DNA of 41,357 bases from positions 1 to 41,357 of the forward strand of contig DCDB01000107.1 of the NCBI GenBank assembly GCA_002316215.1, read 5' to 3'. The notes under the pieces are model-generated. The model did not search any database. It had not been told where the DNA came from and saw nothing but the letters and a program-made list of their open reading frames with translations. This DNA comes from Lachnospiraceae bacterium UBA1066 (GTDB taxonomy: Bacteria > Bacillota > Clostridia > Lachnospirales > Lachnospiraceae). Shown piece by piece: positions 1-11,353 of the stretch. Each line of letters opens with the position of its first letter. Within the stretch, counting starts at the first letter, position 1. The translations under genes were made by a program, and so were the position numbers.

Positions 1-56
1 CAACTGAAATAAACAACTGAAACAGGCAACGGAAAAGTCAAAATGAAAGAAGCGAA

Positions 57-737
57 ATGAATCAGGAACTGAAAAATATAGAAGATAAAATAAATTATTC
101 CTTCAAGGATAAAGGGCTTCTGAAGCTGGCGGTAACGCATACGTCCTATGCGAACGAGCATAAGAAGGAAAGAATCCGCCATAACGAAAGGCTGGAGTTT
201 CTTGGCGATGCCGTCCTTGAGACAGTCTGTTCCGAGTATCTTTACCGGAGATATCCCGAAAAAGAAGAAGGGGAGCTTTCAAAGCTTCGCGCCAGTCTTG
301 TCTGCGAATCTTCGCTGGCAATCTGTGCCCGCGATCTCGGACTTCCTGAATATCTGCGCCTGGGAAACGGTGAAGAACTGATGGGAGGACGCCAGAAAGA
401 ATCTATTATTTCGGATGCGACGGAGTCACTGATCGGTGCTATTTATCTTGACGGAGGCTTTGAAAAAGCCAGAGAATTCGTCCTGACTTTTATTCTGGCT
501 GACCTTAAGACAAAAGATCTTTATGTCGATAATAAAACAAGACTGCAGGAAATCCTGCAGGATAAAGATAAAAAAGTGGAGTATATCGTGACGGAAGAGA
601 CCGGCCCTGCGCACGATAAGAATTTTGAGATAACGGCCTTCATCGGAGGCGAAGCTTTCAGCAAGGGAACAGGGCATACAAAGAAAGCCGCTGCCCAGAG
701 CGCGGCGAGAGAAGCGATACGGAAGCTGACGGAATAA
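57..737 (+). CDS. rnc: Ribonuclease III
   Basis: RNase III signature HNERLEFLGDAVL, C-terminal dsRNA-binding domain (KTRLQE...GPAH...KKAAAQSAA), position upstream of smc. Confidence 0.97.
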   Translation: MNQELKNIEDKINYSFKDKGLLKLAVTHTSYANEHKKERIRHNERLEFLGDAVLETVCSEYLYRRYPEKEEGELSKLRASLVCESSLAICARDLGLPEYLRLGNGEELMGGRQKESIISDATESLIGAIYLDGGFEKAREFVLTFILADLKTKDLYVDNKTRLQEILQDKDKKVEYIVTEETGPAHDKNFEITAFIGGEAFSKGTGHTKKAAAQSAAREAIRKLTE

Positions 738-801
738 TATACCCTGCCCGCAGGAAATTCATTTTCATAATAAAATATTTAACAGGGAACGGAAATTTTT
801 T

Positions 802-3800
802 ATGTATCTTAAAATGATTGAAATGCAGGGATTTAAATCCTTTGCACATAGGATGACCTTTGAATTCCAGGAGGGCATCACCGGGATTGTGGGGCCGAAC
901 GGAAGCGGAAAGTCCAACGTGGCCGATGCTGTCCGCTGGGTCTTAGGCGAACAGAGCGCAAAACAGCTCCGCGGCGGAAATATGCAGGATGTTATTTTCG
1001 CAGGAACAGAGCTCCGTAAGCCTCAGAGTTTTGCATCCGTCGCCATTACCTTCGATAACAGTGACCATGCTCTTGATATCGATTATCATGAAGTCACCGT
1101 GACGAGGAGACTCTATCGTTCCGGAGAGAGCGAATACCTGATTAATAATGCTCCGGTTCGTCTTAAGGACATTAATGAACTGTTTTATGATACCGGCATT
1201 GGAAAAGAAGGCTACTCCATCATCGGTCAGGGACAGATCGACCGGATTATTTCAGGAAGACCTGAAGAGCGCCGTGAACTTTTTGACGAGGCGGCCGGTA
1301 TCGTCAAATTCAAGAGGAGAAAAGCGGCTGCGCTGAAAAAACTGGACGAGGAGCAGCAGAATCTTCTTCGCGTCAACGACATCTTAAGCGAGCTTGGCGC
1401 ACAGATTGAGCCACTGAAGAAACAATCGGCGATTGCCAAAATTTATCTGGAAAAAAAGGAAGTCTTAAAGCAGCTGGATATCAATCTTTTTCTTCTGGAC
1501 GATGAACGCGTTGAAAAACAGCTTGCGGAAATCGCCGAGAAAACGGCTATTACGGATGCCGATATTAAAGAGACAGAAGAAAAGTTCGAGAAGACCAAGG
1601 CGGAATACGAGAAGCTGGAAAATGACATAAACGCCATCGACAGCGACATTGCTGCCGTACGGGATAAAGCTGCGAAGAATGAGCTTCTGCGCCAGCAACT
1701 GCATGCCCAGATCGATCTTTTAAATGAACAGATCAACACCGTCCGTCAGAACAGTGAACATTTTAAGAGCCGCAGACAGTCCATCGCCTCTGAGATTGAA
1801 AAACGCACAGAAGAAAAAAACAGCCACCTAAAAGAACAGGATTTGCTCGATGCCTCCATAAAAAAGGCTGCCGATGAGCAGAAAACGGAAAATGAAAAAC
1901 TCCGTGCCTGCGAGCAGGAACTTGAAAAGATTAATAGCGATATCAACCGTTCCAAAAGTTCTGTCATAGCCATGCTGAACAGCCGTGCTTCTGTAAAAGG
2001 AAAGCTGCAGCGCTATGATGCCATGCTGGAGCAGATTGACATACGCAAATCCGAAATCAGCGGACGTATGCTGCGTTTCCGGGAAGAAGAAAACGATGCC
2101 AGCGCTGCCATTTCACAAGCGGATGAAGCGCTTAAAACCGCACAGTCCGCGATTGCCGCGCTGAAAGAAAAAACCGGAAAAGATGAAGAGAAGGTTGCCG
2201 CTTATCAAAAGCAGATAGCAGAATCCAACCGGACGCTCGATGCAGGCCAGACGGCTTATCACCGGGAAGCTTCGAAGCTGGAATCCCTGAAGACACTGAC
2301 GGAGAATTACGACGGCTACGGAAACGGCATAAAAAAGGTAATGGAACAAAAGGGCCGCAATCCCGGGATTCTGGGGGTCGTTGCCGATGTTATAAGTGTC
2401 GGAAAAAAGTACGAACTGGCGGTTGAAACGGCCTTAGGCGGCAGTATCCGGAACATTGTAACGGATAATGAAAATACAGCCAAATATCTTATCGAGTATC
2501 TTAAGACAAATAAATTCGGACGTGCCACCTTCCTTCCCCTGACAAATATCCGCGGCAGGAAGCGCTACGATCATGAAGAGGCTCTGAGAGAAGAAGGCGT
2601 GATCGGTCTTGCCAGCAGCCTGGTTAAAGTAGAAGAACGTTTTTCCGCCCTGAATGAGCATCTCCTCGGACGCACTCTCGTCGTGGACAATATTGACCAT
2701 GCCATCAGCATCGGCCGCAAATACAGCCACAGCCTTTATATGGTCACGCTTCAGGGAGAATCCTTTTCACCGGGCGGCTCGATTACAGGCGGTGCCTTCC
2801 GAAATCAGGAAAATCTGCTCGGCCGCCGGCGTGAAATAGAAGAGCTTACGCAGAATGTAAAGACACTGAAAAATGAGATGGATGAAATGCAGAAGTCCAT
2901 CGAGGAGATACGTGCAAAGAGGAATGCCCTGAGGGACGAAATCGTCGAAATCAGCGGAAAACTCCAGGATCAGCTTATCCGTCAGAATACAGCCCAGCTT
3001 TCTAAAAAACAGGCTGAGGAGCAGATCAGGGGCAACCATATCAACCGTTCCTCACTGGAAAAGGAAAATGCGGAAATCGAAAAGCAGATTTCCCAGATTC
3101 GGGGTTTAAAAGCAGGAATCGAGAAAGAACTCAAAGCTTCAGAAGCTGACGAGCAGAAGATTAATGCGGAAGCGGGGGAACTTGAAAAAAAGGCAGAGGA
3201 GCTTCAGAAACAGAAGGACCGGCAGAGTTATCTGCTTGAAAGCGTTCATGTAAAATACGCCGGTTTGACCCAGCAGAGCGGCTTCCTTGCTACGAATGTA
3301 GAGCGCCTTGACCGGGAAATTGCAGGTCTTAAGGAAGAAGATATTTCCGTCGTACAGGGAATGGACAGCGGAGCCGGAGAAATAAAAGAGAAACTGGACA
3401 GCATTTCCAAAGTCGAACTTACGATCAAAGCGGCTGAAGAGGAAGTCAGCCTTAACGACGCTGATGAGAAGAAACTGACGGAGGAGAAAGACAGGCTTTC
3501 GGAAAGCCACAAGAGCTTTTTCGCGAAGCGCGACGAGCTGCAGGAACGTCTGAATAAGCTTGATAAAGAAAGTTACCGACTGTCTTCGCAAAAAGACAGG
3601 ATCAGCGAGGCCATGGAAGGTTCCATTTCCTATCTCTGGGAAGAATACGAGCTGACGCCGAATCAGGCGAAACCGCTCCGTAATCCGGAATATACGGACC
3701 GGGCGGCCATTCGAAAAGACATTTCACACCTGAAAGATGAAATCAAGCAGCTCGGGAATGTCAATGTCAATGCAATTGAAGACTATAAGAGCATATTGGA

Positions 3801-4362
3801 GCGTCATACGTTTCTTTCTGCGCAGCATGAGGATCTTGTACAGTCTGCCGCAACCCTGCAGGGTATTATTGAAGAACTGGACAAGGGAATGCGCAAACAG
3901 TTTAATGAAAAGTTCGCGGAAATAAACAGGGAATTCGACAAAGCCTTTAAGGAACTTTTCGGCGGCGGAAAAGGCACCCTGGAGATTGAAAATGACGTTG
4001 ATATTCTTGAAGCGGGCATTGCCATTATTTCCCAGCCGCCCGGCAAGAAGCTTCAGAACATGATGCAGCTTTCCGGAGGTGAGAAATCGCTGACTGCAAT
4101 TGCACTTCTTTTTGCCATCCAGAACCTGAAGCCGTCTCCGTTCTGTCTCCTCGATGAAATAGAAGCTGCTCTCGATGACAACAATGTGGCGCGCTTTGCG
4201 AATTATCTTCATAAGTTGACAAAGAATACACAATTCATTATTATAACGCATAGACGCGGAACGATGGCAGCTGCAGACCGTCTGTACGGTATCACCATGC
4301 AGGAGAAAGGTGTTTCAGCGCTTGTCTCTGTCAGCCTGATTGAAGACAAGCTGCAGGCATAA
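802..4362 (+). CDS. smc: Chromosome segregation protein SMC
   Basis: 1186 aa with Walker A GPNGSGKSN, long coiled coils, hinge (GRATFLPL), signature LSGGEK and Walker B LLDEIEAALD. Confidence 0.98.
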   Translation: MYLKMIEMQGFKSFAHRMTFEFQEGITGIVGPNGSGKSNVADAVRWVLGEQSAKQLRGGNMQDVIFAGTELRKPQSFASVAITFDNSDHALDIDYHEVTVTRRLYRSGESEYLINNAPVRLKDINELFYDTGIGKEGYSIIGQGQIDRIISGRPEERRELFDEAAGIVKFKRRKAAALKKLDEEQQNLLRVNDILSELGAQIEPLKKQSAIAKIYLEKKEVLKQLDINLFLLDDERVEKQLAEIAEKTAITDADIKETEEKFEKTKAEYEKLENDINAIDSDIAAVRDKAAKNELLRQQLHAQIDLLNEQINTVRQNSEHFKSRRQSIASEIEKRTEEKNSHLKEQDLLDASIKKAADEQKTENEKLRACEQELEKINSDINRSKSSVIAMLNSRASVKGKLQRYDAMLEQIDIRKSEISGRMLRFREEENDASAAISQADEALKTAQSAIAALKEKTGKDEEKVAAYQKQIAESNRTLDAGQTAYHREASKLESLKTLTENYDGYGNGIKKVMEQKGRNPGILGVVADVISVGKKYELAVETALGGSIRNIVTDNENTAKYLIEYLKTNKFGRATFLPLTNIRGRKRYDHEEALREEGVIGLASSLVKVEERFSALNEHLLGRTLVVDNIDHAISIGRKYSHSLYMVTLQGESFSPGGSITGGAFRNQENLLGRRREIEELTQNVKTLKNEMDEMQKSIEEIRAKRNALRDEIVEISGKLQDQLIRQNTAQLSKKQAEEQIRGNHINRSSLEKENAEIEKQISQIRGLKAGIEKELKASEADEQKINAEAGELEKKAEELQKQKDRQSYLLESVHVKYAGLTQQSGFLATNVERLDREIAGLKEEDISVVQGMDSGAGEIKEKLDSISKVELTIKAAEEEVSLNDADEKKLTEEKDRLSESHKSFFAKRDELQERLNKLDKESYRLSSQKDRISEAMEGSISYLWEEYELTPNQAKPLRNPEYTDRAAIRKDISHLKDEIKQLGNVNVNAIEDYKSILERHTFLSAQHEDLVQSAATLQGIIEELDKGMRKQFNEKFAEINREFDKAFKELFGGGKGTLEIENDVDILEAGIAIISQPPGKKLQNMMQLSGGEKSLTAIALLFAIQNLKPSPFCLLDEIEAALDDNNVARFANYLHKLTKNTQFIIITHRRGTMAAADRLYGITMQEKGVSALVSVSLIEDKLQA

Positions 4363-4479
4363 GCCGAAAAACAACATCTGGCATAAGCCGAAAAGCGAGC
4401 GGAAGGCATAAGCCGAAAAGCGAACGGAAGGCATGAGCCGAAGAGTGAACATCAGGCATGAACCGAAAAACGGACGGCT
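4356..4479 (+). repeat. Imperfect 24-25 bp tandem repeat, 5 units (core GGCATAAGCCGAAAA)
   Basis: Units start at 4356, 4380, 4405, 4430 and 4455. The first unit contains the smc stop codon. Degenerate continuation to about 4512. Confidence 0.9.
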
Positions 4480-4564
4480 GCGATAAACGATAAACGGGCT
4501 GCCGGCATAAAAAAGTTTCCGGAATTAATGAAGCGGGACGGTTCGCGCAGCAGGAGGAGGAATT

Positions 4565-5497
4565 TTGGGATTCTTTAACAGATTATTCAAAGGCCTTTCC
4601 AAGACAAGATCCGGCATGTCCCTGGATGAGGACGGGGTCTTTGAAACACACAAAAAGATTGACAGTGATTTCTATGAAGAGCTTGAAGAAATCCTGGTCA
4701 CGGGAGATGTCGGAATAAAGACGACGGATAAGGTTCTGGAGGACCTTAAAGCAAAAGTCGCAGTGCAGAAGATCAAAGATCCGCTGGAGTGCCGCAGGCT
4801 TCTTATGGACAGCCTGAAAGATCAGCTGCACGTTAACAGCGCTTATTATGAGTTTGAGAATAAAAAGTCTGTGCTTCTGATCATCGGCGTCAATGGCGTC
4901 GGGAAAACCACCTCCGTCGGCAAGCTGGCCTGCATTTTCAAAGAGCAGGGGAAAAAAGTCATCATGGCTGCAGCCGATACCTTCCGTGCAGCGGCCTCCG
5001 AGCAGCTGGAGGAATGGGCAAGAAGAGCCGGCGTGCAGATTATTACCGGACAGGAAGGCGCGGATCCGGCTTCGGTTGTTTATGACGCTGTTGCGGCGGC
5101 AAAGGCCAGAAATGCGGATATGCTCCTGATTGACACGGCCGGCAGGCTCCACAATAAAAAGAATCTGATGCAGGAACTGGGGAAGATTTATAAAATTCTT
5201 GAAAAAGAATATTCGCAGGCTTATCTCGAAACACTCATGGTGCTGGACGGGACAACCGGGCAGAATGCCATGGCGCAGGCAAAGGAATTTGCCGAGTGCG
5301 CGGATGTGACAGGGATTATCCTTACAAAACTCGACGGAACGGCAAAGGGAGGCATCGCCGTAGCCATTCAGTCGGAACTCGGAATACCGGTGAAATACAT
5401 CGGCGTGGGGGAGACTTTAGAGGATATGCAGAAATTTAACTCAGATGAATTTGTTGACGCACTTTTCGGCGTAAAACCGAACGGAAAAGAGGACTAA
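4565..5497 (+). CDS. ftsY: Signal recognition particle receptor FtsY
   Basis: SRP GTPase motifs GVNGVGKTT, DTFRAAA, DTAGR, TKLDGTAKGG. TTG start after GGAGGAGG SD. Confidence 0.97.
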   Translation: MGFFNRLFKGLSKTRSGMSLDEDGVFETHKKIDSDFYEELEEILVTGDVGIKTTDKVLEDLKAKVAVQKIKDPLECRRLLMDSLKDQLHVNSAYYEFENKKSVLLIIGVNGVGKTTSVGKLACIFKEQGKKVIMAAADTFRAAASEQLEEWARRAGVQIITGQEGADPASVVYDAVAAAKARNADMLLIDTAGRLHNKKNLMQELGKIYKILEKEYSQAYLETLMVLDGTTGQNAMAQAKEFAECADVTGIILTKLDGTAKGGIAVAIQSELGIPVKYIGVGETLEDMQKFNSDEFVDALFGVKPNGKED

Positions 5498-6709
5498 ATG
5501 CTGACACTTGATAAGTTTGAAGAAGCATCGGAAAAAGTTAAAGAAGTGACACTGGAAACACCGCTGCAGTACAGCGAATATTTCAGTGCCCAGACGGGTA
5601 ATAAAGTATATCTCAAGCCTGAAAATATGCAGCGCACAGGCGCTTATAAGGTGCGCGGAGCTTATTACAAAATCAGTACGCTGACGCAGGAAGAAAAGGA
5701 CAAGGGCCTCATTACGGCATCGGCCGGCAACCATGCACAGGGCGTGGCCTACGCAGCTTCCAGGTGCGGTGCGAAATCCGTGGTCGTCATGCCGACGGTC
5801 ACACCTTTGATTAAGGTCGAACGCACGAAGAAATTCGGGGCGGAGGTCATGCTTTACGGCGACGTTTATGACGAAAGCTGCGGGAAGGCACTTGAGCTGG
5901 CGGCTGAAGAAGGCTACACTTTCATCCATCCTTTCAATGACCTGACCGTAGCTACAGGCCAGGGGACAATTGCTATGGAAATTATCAAAGAGCTTCCGAC
6001 CGTTGACTATATTCTTGCTCCTGTCGGAGGCGGAGGACTCGCCACAGGCGTTTCTGTTCTTGCGAAACTTCTTAATCCGCATATTAAGGTTATCGGCGTG
6101 GAACCGGCAGGCGCAGCCTGCCTGACTGCTTCTTTTAAGGCAGGAAAAGTGGTGACGCTGCCTTCGGCATCCACTATTGCAGACGGCACCGCCGTTCTGA
6201 CGCCCGGAGACCTGCTTTTTCCGTATCTTCAGAAAAATCTTGATGACGTTATTACCGTCGAAGACGATGAACTTATAACGGCTTTCCTTGATATGGTCGA
6301 AAACCATAAGATGATTGTTGAGAATTCCGGACTTTTGACTGTAGCTGCTCTGAAACATCTGGATGTAAAAGATAAGAAAATCGTCAGCATTCTTTCGGGC
6401 GGGAATATGGATGTGATTACAATGGCTTCTGTCGTTCAGAATGGTCTCATTTTCCGGGACCGTATCTTTACGGTCTCAGTTCTGCTTCCGGACAAGCCGG
6501 GCATGCTCGTCAAAGTAGCAACCTCTATCGCTGAGAACCAGGGCAATGTTATCAAACTTGACCACAACCAGTTCTATTCCACGAACCGCAATGAGGCCGT
6601 CGAGCTCCGCGTGACTATCGAAGCCTTCGGAACAGATCACAAGCAAAAAATCATGGATGCGCTGGAAAAAGCCGGCTTCCGCCCAAAACTGGTTCATACG
6701 AACCTGTAA
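5498..6709 (+). CDS. ilvA: Threonine ammonia-lyase (threonine dehydratase) with C-terminal ACT domain
   Basis: PLP-lysine motif QRTGAYKVRGA, ASAGNHAQG, PVGGGGL, SGGN. ACT-like LPDKPG at the C-terminus. Confidence 0.92.
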   Translation: MLTLDKFEEASEKVKEVTLETPLQYSEYFSAQTGNKVYLKPENMQRTGAYKVRGAYYKISTLTQEEKDKGLITASAGNHAQGVAYAASRCGAKSVVVMPTVTPLIKVERTKKFGAEVMLYGDVYDESCGKALELAAEEGYTFIHPFNDLTVATGQGTIAMEIIKELPTVDYILAPVGGGGLATGVSVLAKLLNPHIKVIGVEPAGAACLTASFKAGKVVTLPSASTIADGTAVLTPGDLLFPYLQKNLDDVITVEDDELITAFLDMVENHKMIVENSGLLTVAALKHLDVKDKKIVSILSGGNMDVITMASVVQNGLIFRDRIFTVSVLLPDKPGMLVKVATSIAENQGNVIKLDHNQFYSTNRNEAVELRVTIEAFGTDHKQKIMDALEKAGFRPKLVHTNL

Positions 6710-6777
6710 GACAACAGCAAAAATGTTTTGCTTTATTTTTAAATTGTTCTTTTCTTGCAAAATGAATAAAATGTGTA

Positions 6778-6835
6778 AAAAAATGTGTGAATTGTACATT
6801 AGCTGCGAAAGCCTCATACAATTCACACATTTTTT
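6778..6835. terminator. Bidirectional intrinsic terminator candidate
   Basis: Perfect 19-bp inverted repeat AAAAAATGTGTGAATTGTA / TACAATTCACACATTTTTT between convergent ilvA and activase genes, giving a U-tract on either strand. Confidence 0.8.
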
Positions 6836-6839
6836 ATCC

Positions 6840-9800
6840 TTATAGCTTCCCGTTTGCCGCAAGCTTCTTCTCGGCGGTCGTCAGCATGAGCTTGATACGG
6901 TTAAGCTGGTTGACCTCCGACGCTCCGGGATCGTAGTCGATCGCGGCGATATTCGCTTCGGGATAGCGGCGCCGGATTTCTTTTATGACGCCTTTTCCGA
7001 CAATATGGTTCGGGAGGCAGGCAAAGGGCTGGATGCATACGATGTTCGGAACACCCTCTTTGATGAGCTCCAGCATTTCACCTGTCAGGAACCAGCCTTC
7101 TCCTGTCTGATTTCCGTTTGAAGCAATCGGAGAAGCCCATTTCGCAAGATCTGCGATCTTAGCCGGCGGATTAAAATGCCGGCTCTTTTTGTACTCATCG
7201 GAAGCTGCGCCGCGGGCTTTTTCCAGCAACTTGATGCCGATATTTCCGAAAAAGGCGGAGGATTTCTTGAATCCGAGATTTTCGGACTTAAAGTTCAGGT
7301 TGTAAAAACTGTAGTTGAAGAAATCAAGAAGATCCGGTACAACCGCCTCGGCGCCTTCCTTTTCAAGAAGTTCCACCAGATGGTTATTGGCAGCCGGCGA
7401 AAACTTGACCAGGATTTCGCCGACGATACCGACGCGGGGCTTTACTTCATCCGTGATCGGCAGATTGTCGAAATCATGAATGATGCTCTTGCAGATCTGT
7501 TTGAATTTACGATAGCTCAGGTTGTTACCGCTGACAAAATTCGTGCAGTACCGTTCCCATTTCCGATGCATCCTGTCCGCCGAGCCCTTCACCTTTTCAT
7601 AAGGACGCATCCGGTACAGGCATTTCATAAGGATGTCGCCGAAAATGACGGCATAGGAACCCCGGATGGCCAGTTTCGGCGTAATCTTGAAGCCGGGCTG
7701 CTTTTCAGTTCCCTGAAGATTGAGGGAAAGAATCGGGATATAGGCCATGTCAGCCTTTTTAAGGGCACGCTTGATAAAGGCGATATAGTTGGAGGCCCGG
7801 CATCCGCCTCCGGTCTGCGTCATGATGACGGCTGTCTTATGAAGATCATATTTACCGGATTTCAGGGCCTGCATCAGCTGTCCGACAACTAATAACGAAG
7901 GATAGCAGGCATCGTTATTGACATATTTTAGACCCATATCGACGGCACTCTTGTCCGGATTCGGGAGGATGACAAAGTTGTAGCCTTCCGCCGTGAAAGC
8001 AGCGTTTACGATATTGAAATGTATCGGCGACATATTCGGCGAAAGAATCGTATAATTCTTTTTCATTTCCTCAGTGAATACCGGTCTTTCAAAAGAGGAA
8101 GGCTGAACATCACGTTTTATGGCTTTCATCTGGCGGACGCGGATCGCGGCGATAAGAGAACGTACGCGGATACGCGCAGCTCCCAGGTTGTTGACTTCGT
8201 CGATTTTGAGGCAGGTGTAAATTTTCCCGCTTTTTGTCAGTATTTCCTGAACCTGGTCGGTCGTAACGGCATCGAGGCCGCAGCCGAAGGAATTGAGCTG
8301 GATAATATCCAGATCGTCTGTCGTTTTAATGTAATTTGCCGCAGCATAAAGGCGCGTATGGTACATCCACTGGTCATTGACGCGGAGCGGACGCTCGATC
8401 TCTCCCAGGTGAGAGATCGAATCTTCTGTAAGCACGGCCATTCCGTAGGAATTGATAAGCTCAGGGATGCCGTGATTTATTTCGGGATCGATATGGTAAG
8501 GACGTCCTGCAAGAACGATGCCGTGTCTTCCGGTATCTTTCAGGTATTGTAAGGTTTCTTCGCCTTTCTTTTCGATATCCTTCCGGACGTTTCCGAGCTC
8601 TTCCCAGGCGCAGAGAACTGCATTTTCCACTTCGACCTTCGGGAGATCGGAGAAAACGGTGACCAGACGGTCGCTCAGGATTTTTTCATTTGTAAATGCA
8701 AGGAACGGATTCATGAAGGTAATAGAAGGATCCCTCAGTTCTTCGACATTATTTTTCAGGTTTTCCGCATAAGACGTAACGATGGGGCAGTTGTAATGAT
8801 TGACGGATCCCTCGAATTCATTGCGTTCATAAGGAACACAGGGATAGAAAATGAATTTCACACCCTGCTTGATGAGCCATGTGACATGGCCGTGTGCAAG
8901 CTTTGCCGGATAGCATTCGGATTCACTCGGAATGGATTCAATTCCCAGCTCGTAAATCTTTCTTGTCGAAGACGGGGAGAGAACGACTTCGTATCCGAGT
9001 TTCGTGAAAAAGGTGAACCAGAACGGATAGTTCTCAAACATATTCAGGACACGCGGAATACCGACACGCCCTCTTACGGCTTTGTCAGGCGTAAGGGGAG
9101 TATAGCCGAAAATGCGTTTATATTTATATTCGCAGAGGTTCGGCAGGTTGTCCTTGTTTTTCTGCTTCCCGATGCCTCTTTCACAGCGGTTGCCGGAGAT
9201 ATACTGACGTCCGCCGGAAAATTTATTCACCGTAAGCCTGCAGCTGTTGGTGCAGCCATGGCAGTTAGCCATCGCGGTGGAATACTTGAAAGCATTAATC
9301 TTTTCAAGAGAAAGCATTGTTGTTTTCTTTTCCGGGCTAAAGCGTTCCCGGGCGATCAGGGCAGCGCCGAAGGCGCCCATGATGCCTGCGATGTCGGGAC
9401 GGATCACTTCGCAGTCGGCGATACGCTCAAAGCTGCGGAGGACTGCATCGTTATAAAAAGTGCCGCCCTGGACTACGATGTTTTTCCCCAGTTCAGAAGC
9501 ATCGGAAACTTTAATGACTTTATAGAGTGCATTCTTTATGACAGAATAGGCAAGCCCGGCGGAAATATCCGCGACAGTCGCGCCTTCCTTCTGCGCCTGT
9601 TTCACCTTGGAATTCATGAAAACTGTGCACCGCGTTCCGAGGTCGATCGGATTTTCGGCAAAAAGAGCCGCTTTGGCAAAATCCTGCACGGAATAATTCA
9701 GCGTCTTGGCAAAGTTTTCAATAAAAGATCCGCAGCCTGAGGAGCAGGCTTCGTTCAGCATGACATCATCCACGGCATGGTTTTTAATCCGGATGCACTT

Positions 9801-11237
9801 CATGTCCTGTCCGCCGATGTCCAGAATGCAGTCAACGTCGGGATTGAAGAACTGCGCGGCATAATAATGCGAGATTGTCTCAACCTCGCCTTCGTCCAGG
9901 AGAAGCGCGGATTTGATGAGTGCTTCGCCGTAGCCGGTGGAACAGGAAGCTGCGATCTCGACATCCGATGGCATGTGCGCATAGGTTTCTTTAATCGCGC
10001 GGATCGAGGTTGCAAGAGGATTCCCGTGATTATTGTCGTAGAAGGAATACAAAAGCTTTCCGTCTTCGGAGATGAGTGCCGTCTTCGTGGTTGTGCTGCC
10101 GGCGTCAATTCCGAGAAAAGCCTTTCCGTGATAAGTGGAAAGGTCTTCTTTTGCCACCTGGTATTTATCCTGACGGGCTCTAAAGGCTTCGTAATCTTCA
10201 CGGTTTTTAAAAAGAGGCTCCATGCGGGAAACCTCGAATTCCATTTTTATACCGCTTGTAAGCCGGTCGCACATGGCCTTTAGGGATGTCTTTTCTTCCC
10301 CTTCGTGATATTCTCTTTCAGCCGTACGGGCCTCGGAGCGGGCTGCATTCACCGCCTCCATAGCGGCTCCGGATGCGGCGAAAAGATGCGAATTCGCAGG
10401 TACAAGCGCATGTTCGCTGTCCAGTTTCAGCGTATCGATAAAGCGGGCCCGCAGCTGATCCAGGAAATGCAGCGGCCCTCCTAGAAATGCGACGTGTCCA
10501 CGGATAGGTTTTCCGCACGCAAGTCCGGAAATCGTCTGGTTGACAACTGCCTGAAAGATAGAAGCGGCCAGATCTTCCTTTGTAGCCCCGTCGTTGATCA
10601 GCGGCTGGATGTCTGTTTTGGCAAATACGCCGCAGCGGGCGGCAATCGGATAGATAGCTTTATATCCTGCAGCATAAGCATTTAAGCCCGAGGCGTCCGT
10701 CTGGAGAAGATCCGCCATCTGGTCAATAAAGGAACCTGTGCCGCCGGCGCAGATGCCGTTCATACGCTGCTCGATATTGCCTTTATCAAAATAGATGATT
10801 TTTGCGTCTTCTCCTCCGAGTTCAATGGCAACATCGGTTTTAGGACAGTATTGCTTGAGGGCTGTTGAGACGGCGATAACTTCCTGGACAAAAGGAACGC
10901 CCAGATGCTTCGCCAGCGTAAGTCCGCCGGAACCTGTGATAGCCGGTGAAACAGACAAATCCCCGGTCTTATCCAGGGCCTCTTTTATCAGCTTGGCTGT
11001 TGTATCCTGTATTTCGGCGAAATGGCGCCGATAATCAGAAAAGAGAAGAGCGCCGTTTTCGTCCAGAACGGCAATTTTAACGGTTGTTGAACCGATATCT
11101 ATTCCTAATGTATAATGGCCGCCTGCTGCATTGCTGTTATCTTTAGCATTGCGGCTGTCTTTTATATTGCTGCTATCTTTAATGCTGCTCTTATTTATTG
11201 TATTACTGATATTATTTGTATGGCTGTTATCTGTCAT
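6840..11237 (-). CDS. 2-hydroxyacyl-CoA dehydratase activase-like fusion protein (two BadF/BcrAD-type ATPase domains plus C-terminal DUF2229/dehydratase-like part)
   Basis: Two ASKHA ATPase motif sets ([10 protein letters not shown] / [10 protein letters not shown]; ELGGEDAK / DIGGQDMK), Fe-S Cys motifs CAGGTG and CSSGCG, and later [29 protein letters not shown]. Confidence 0.88.
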   Translation of the reverse strand: MTDNSHTNNISNTINKSSIKDSSNIKDSRNAKDNSNAAGGHYTLGIDIGSTTVKIAVLDENGALLFSDYRRHFAEIQDTTAKLIKEALDKTGDLSVSPAITGSGGLTLAKHLGVPFVQEVIAVSTALKQYCPKTDVAIELGGEDAKIIYFDKGNIEQRMNGICAGGTGSFIDQMADLLQTDASGLNAYAAGYKAIYPIAARCGVFAKTDIQPLINDGATKEDLAASIFQAVVNQTISGLACGKPIRGHVAFLGGPLHFLDQLRARFIDTLKLDSEHALVPANSHLFAASGAAMEAVNAARSEARTAEREYHEGEEKTSLKAMCDRLTSGIKMEFEVSRMEPLFKNREDYEAFRARQDKYQVAKEDLSTYHGKAFLGIDAGSTTTKTALISEDGKLLYSFYDNNHGNPLATSIRAIKETYAHMPSDVEIAASCSTGYGEALIKSALLLDEGEVETISHYYAAQFFNPDVDCILDIGGQDMKCIRIKNHAVDDVMLNEACSSGCGSFIENFAKTLNYSVQDFAKAALFAENPIDLGTRCTVFMNSKVKQAQKEGATVADISAGLAYSVIKNALYKVIKVSDASELGKNIVVQGGTFYNDAVLRSFERIADCEVIRPDIAGIMGAFGAALIARERFSPEKKTTMLSLEKINAFKYSTAMANCHGCTNSCRLTVNKFSGGRQYISGNRCERGIGKQKNKDNLPNLCEYKYKRIFGYTPLTPDKAVRGRVGIPRVLNMFENYPFWFTFFTKLGYEVVLSPSSTRKIYELGIESIPSESECYPAKLAHGHVTWLIKQGVKFIFYPCVPYERNEFEGSVNHYNCPIVTSYAENLKNNVEELRDPSITFMNPFLAFTNEKILSDRLVTVFSDLPKVEVENAVLCAWEELGNVRKDIEKKGEETLQYLKDTGRHGIVLAGRPYHIDPEINHGIPELINSYGMAVLTEDSISHLGEIERPLRVNDQWMYHTRLYAAANYIKTTDDLDIIQLNSFGCGLDAVTTDQVQEILTKSGKIYTCLKIDEVNNLGAARIRVRSLIAAIRVRQMKAIKRDVQPSSFERPVFTEEMKKNYTILSPNMSPIHFNIVNAAFTAEGYNFVILPNPDKSAVDMGLKYVNNDACYPSLLVVGQLMQALKSGKYDLHKTAVIMTQTGGGCRASNYIAFIKRALKKADMAYIPILSLNLQGTEKQPGFKITPKLAIRGSYAVIFGDILMKCLYRMRPYEKVKGSADRMHRKWERYCTNFVSGNNLSYRKFKQICKSIIHDFDNLPITDEVKPRVGIVGEILVKFSPAANNHLVELLEKEGAEAVVPDLLDFFNYSFYNLNFKSENLGFKKSSAFFGNIGIKLLEKARGAASDEYKKSRHFNPPAKIADLAKWASPIASNGNQTGEGWFLTGEMLELIKEGVPNIVCIQPFACLPNHIVGKGVIKEIRRRYPEANIAAIDYDPGASEVNQLNRIKLMLTTAEKKLAANGKL
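11131..11237 (-). repeat. Degenerate 18-bp coding repeat (about 6 units) forming an N-terminal extension
   Basis: Protein starts [36 protein letters not shown]; 18-nt periodicity visible in the DNA. Confidence 0.7.
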
Positions 11238-11293
11238 ATGTCTTCCTTATGATCTTTATGATCAAATTAATTTAGTGTTTCCGGATTCGATGT

Positions 11294-11322
11294 ATTATAC
11301 GTCCGGCAACCGTAAAAAACAA
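11294..11322 (-). promoter_or_regulatory. Sigma-A type promoter for the activase gene
   Basis: Minus strand TTGTTT-17 nt-TATAAT. Confidence 0.55.
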
Positions 11323-11353
11323 GAAACACATTTCCGATGATGTCATCAGGTAT

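Noticed and set aside
743-757. CCTGCCCGCAGGAAA after rnc as a further copy of the repeat core CCTGCAAGCAGGAAA
   Set aside because: 13 of 15 match but the flanks do not align; too short to support without a profile search.
4356-4479. Mini-CRISPR reading of the constant-core/variable-tail array
   Set aside because: The core is only 15 nt, the variable parts are 9-10 nt and related to one another, and there is no cas gene in the window.
5441-6358. Long antisense ORFs (e.g. 5441-6358, 8796-9740, 21627-22376, 27853-28770)
   Set aside because: They lie opposite well-supported genes, have no recognisable motifs and look like codon-bias shadows.
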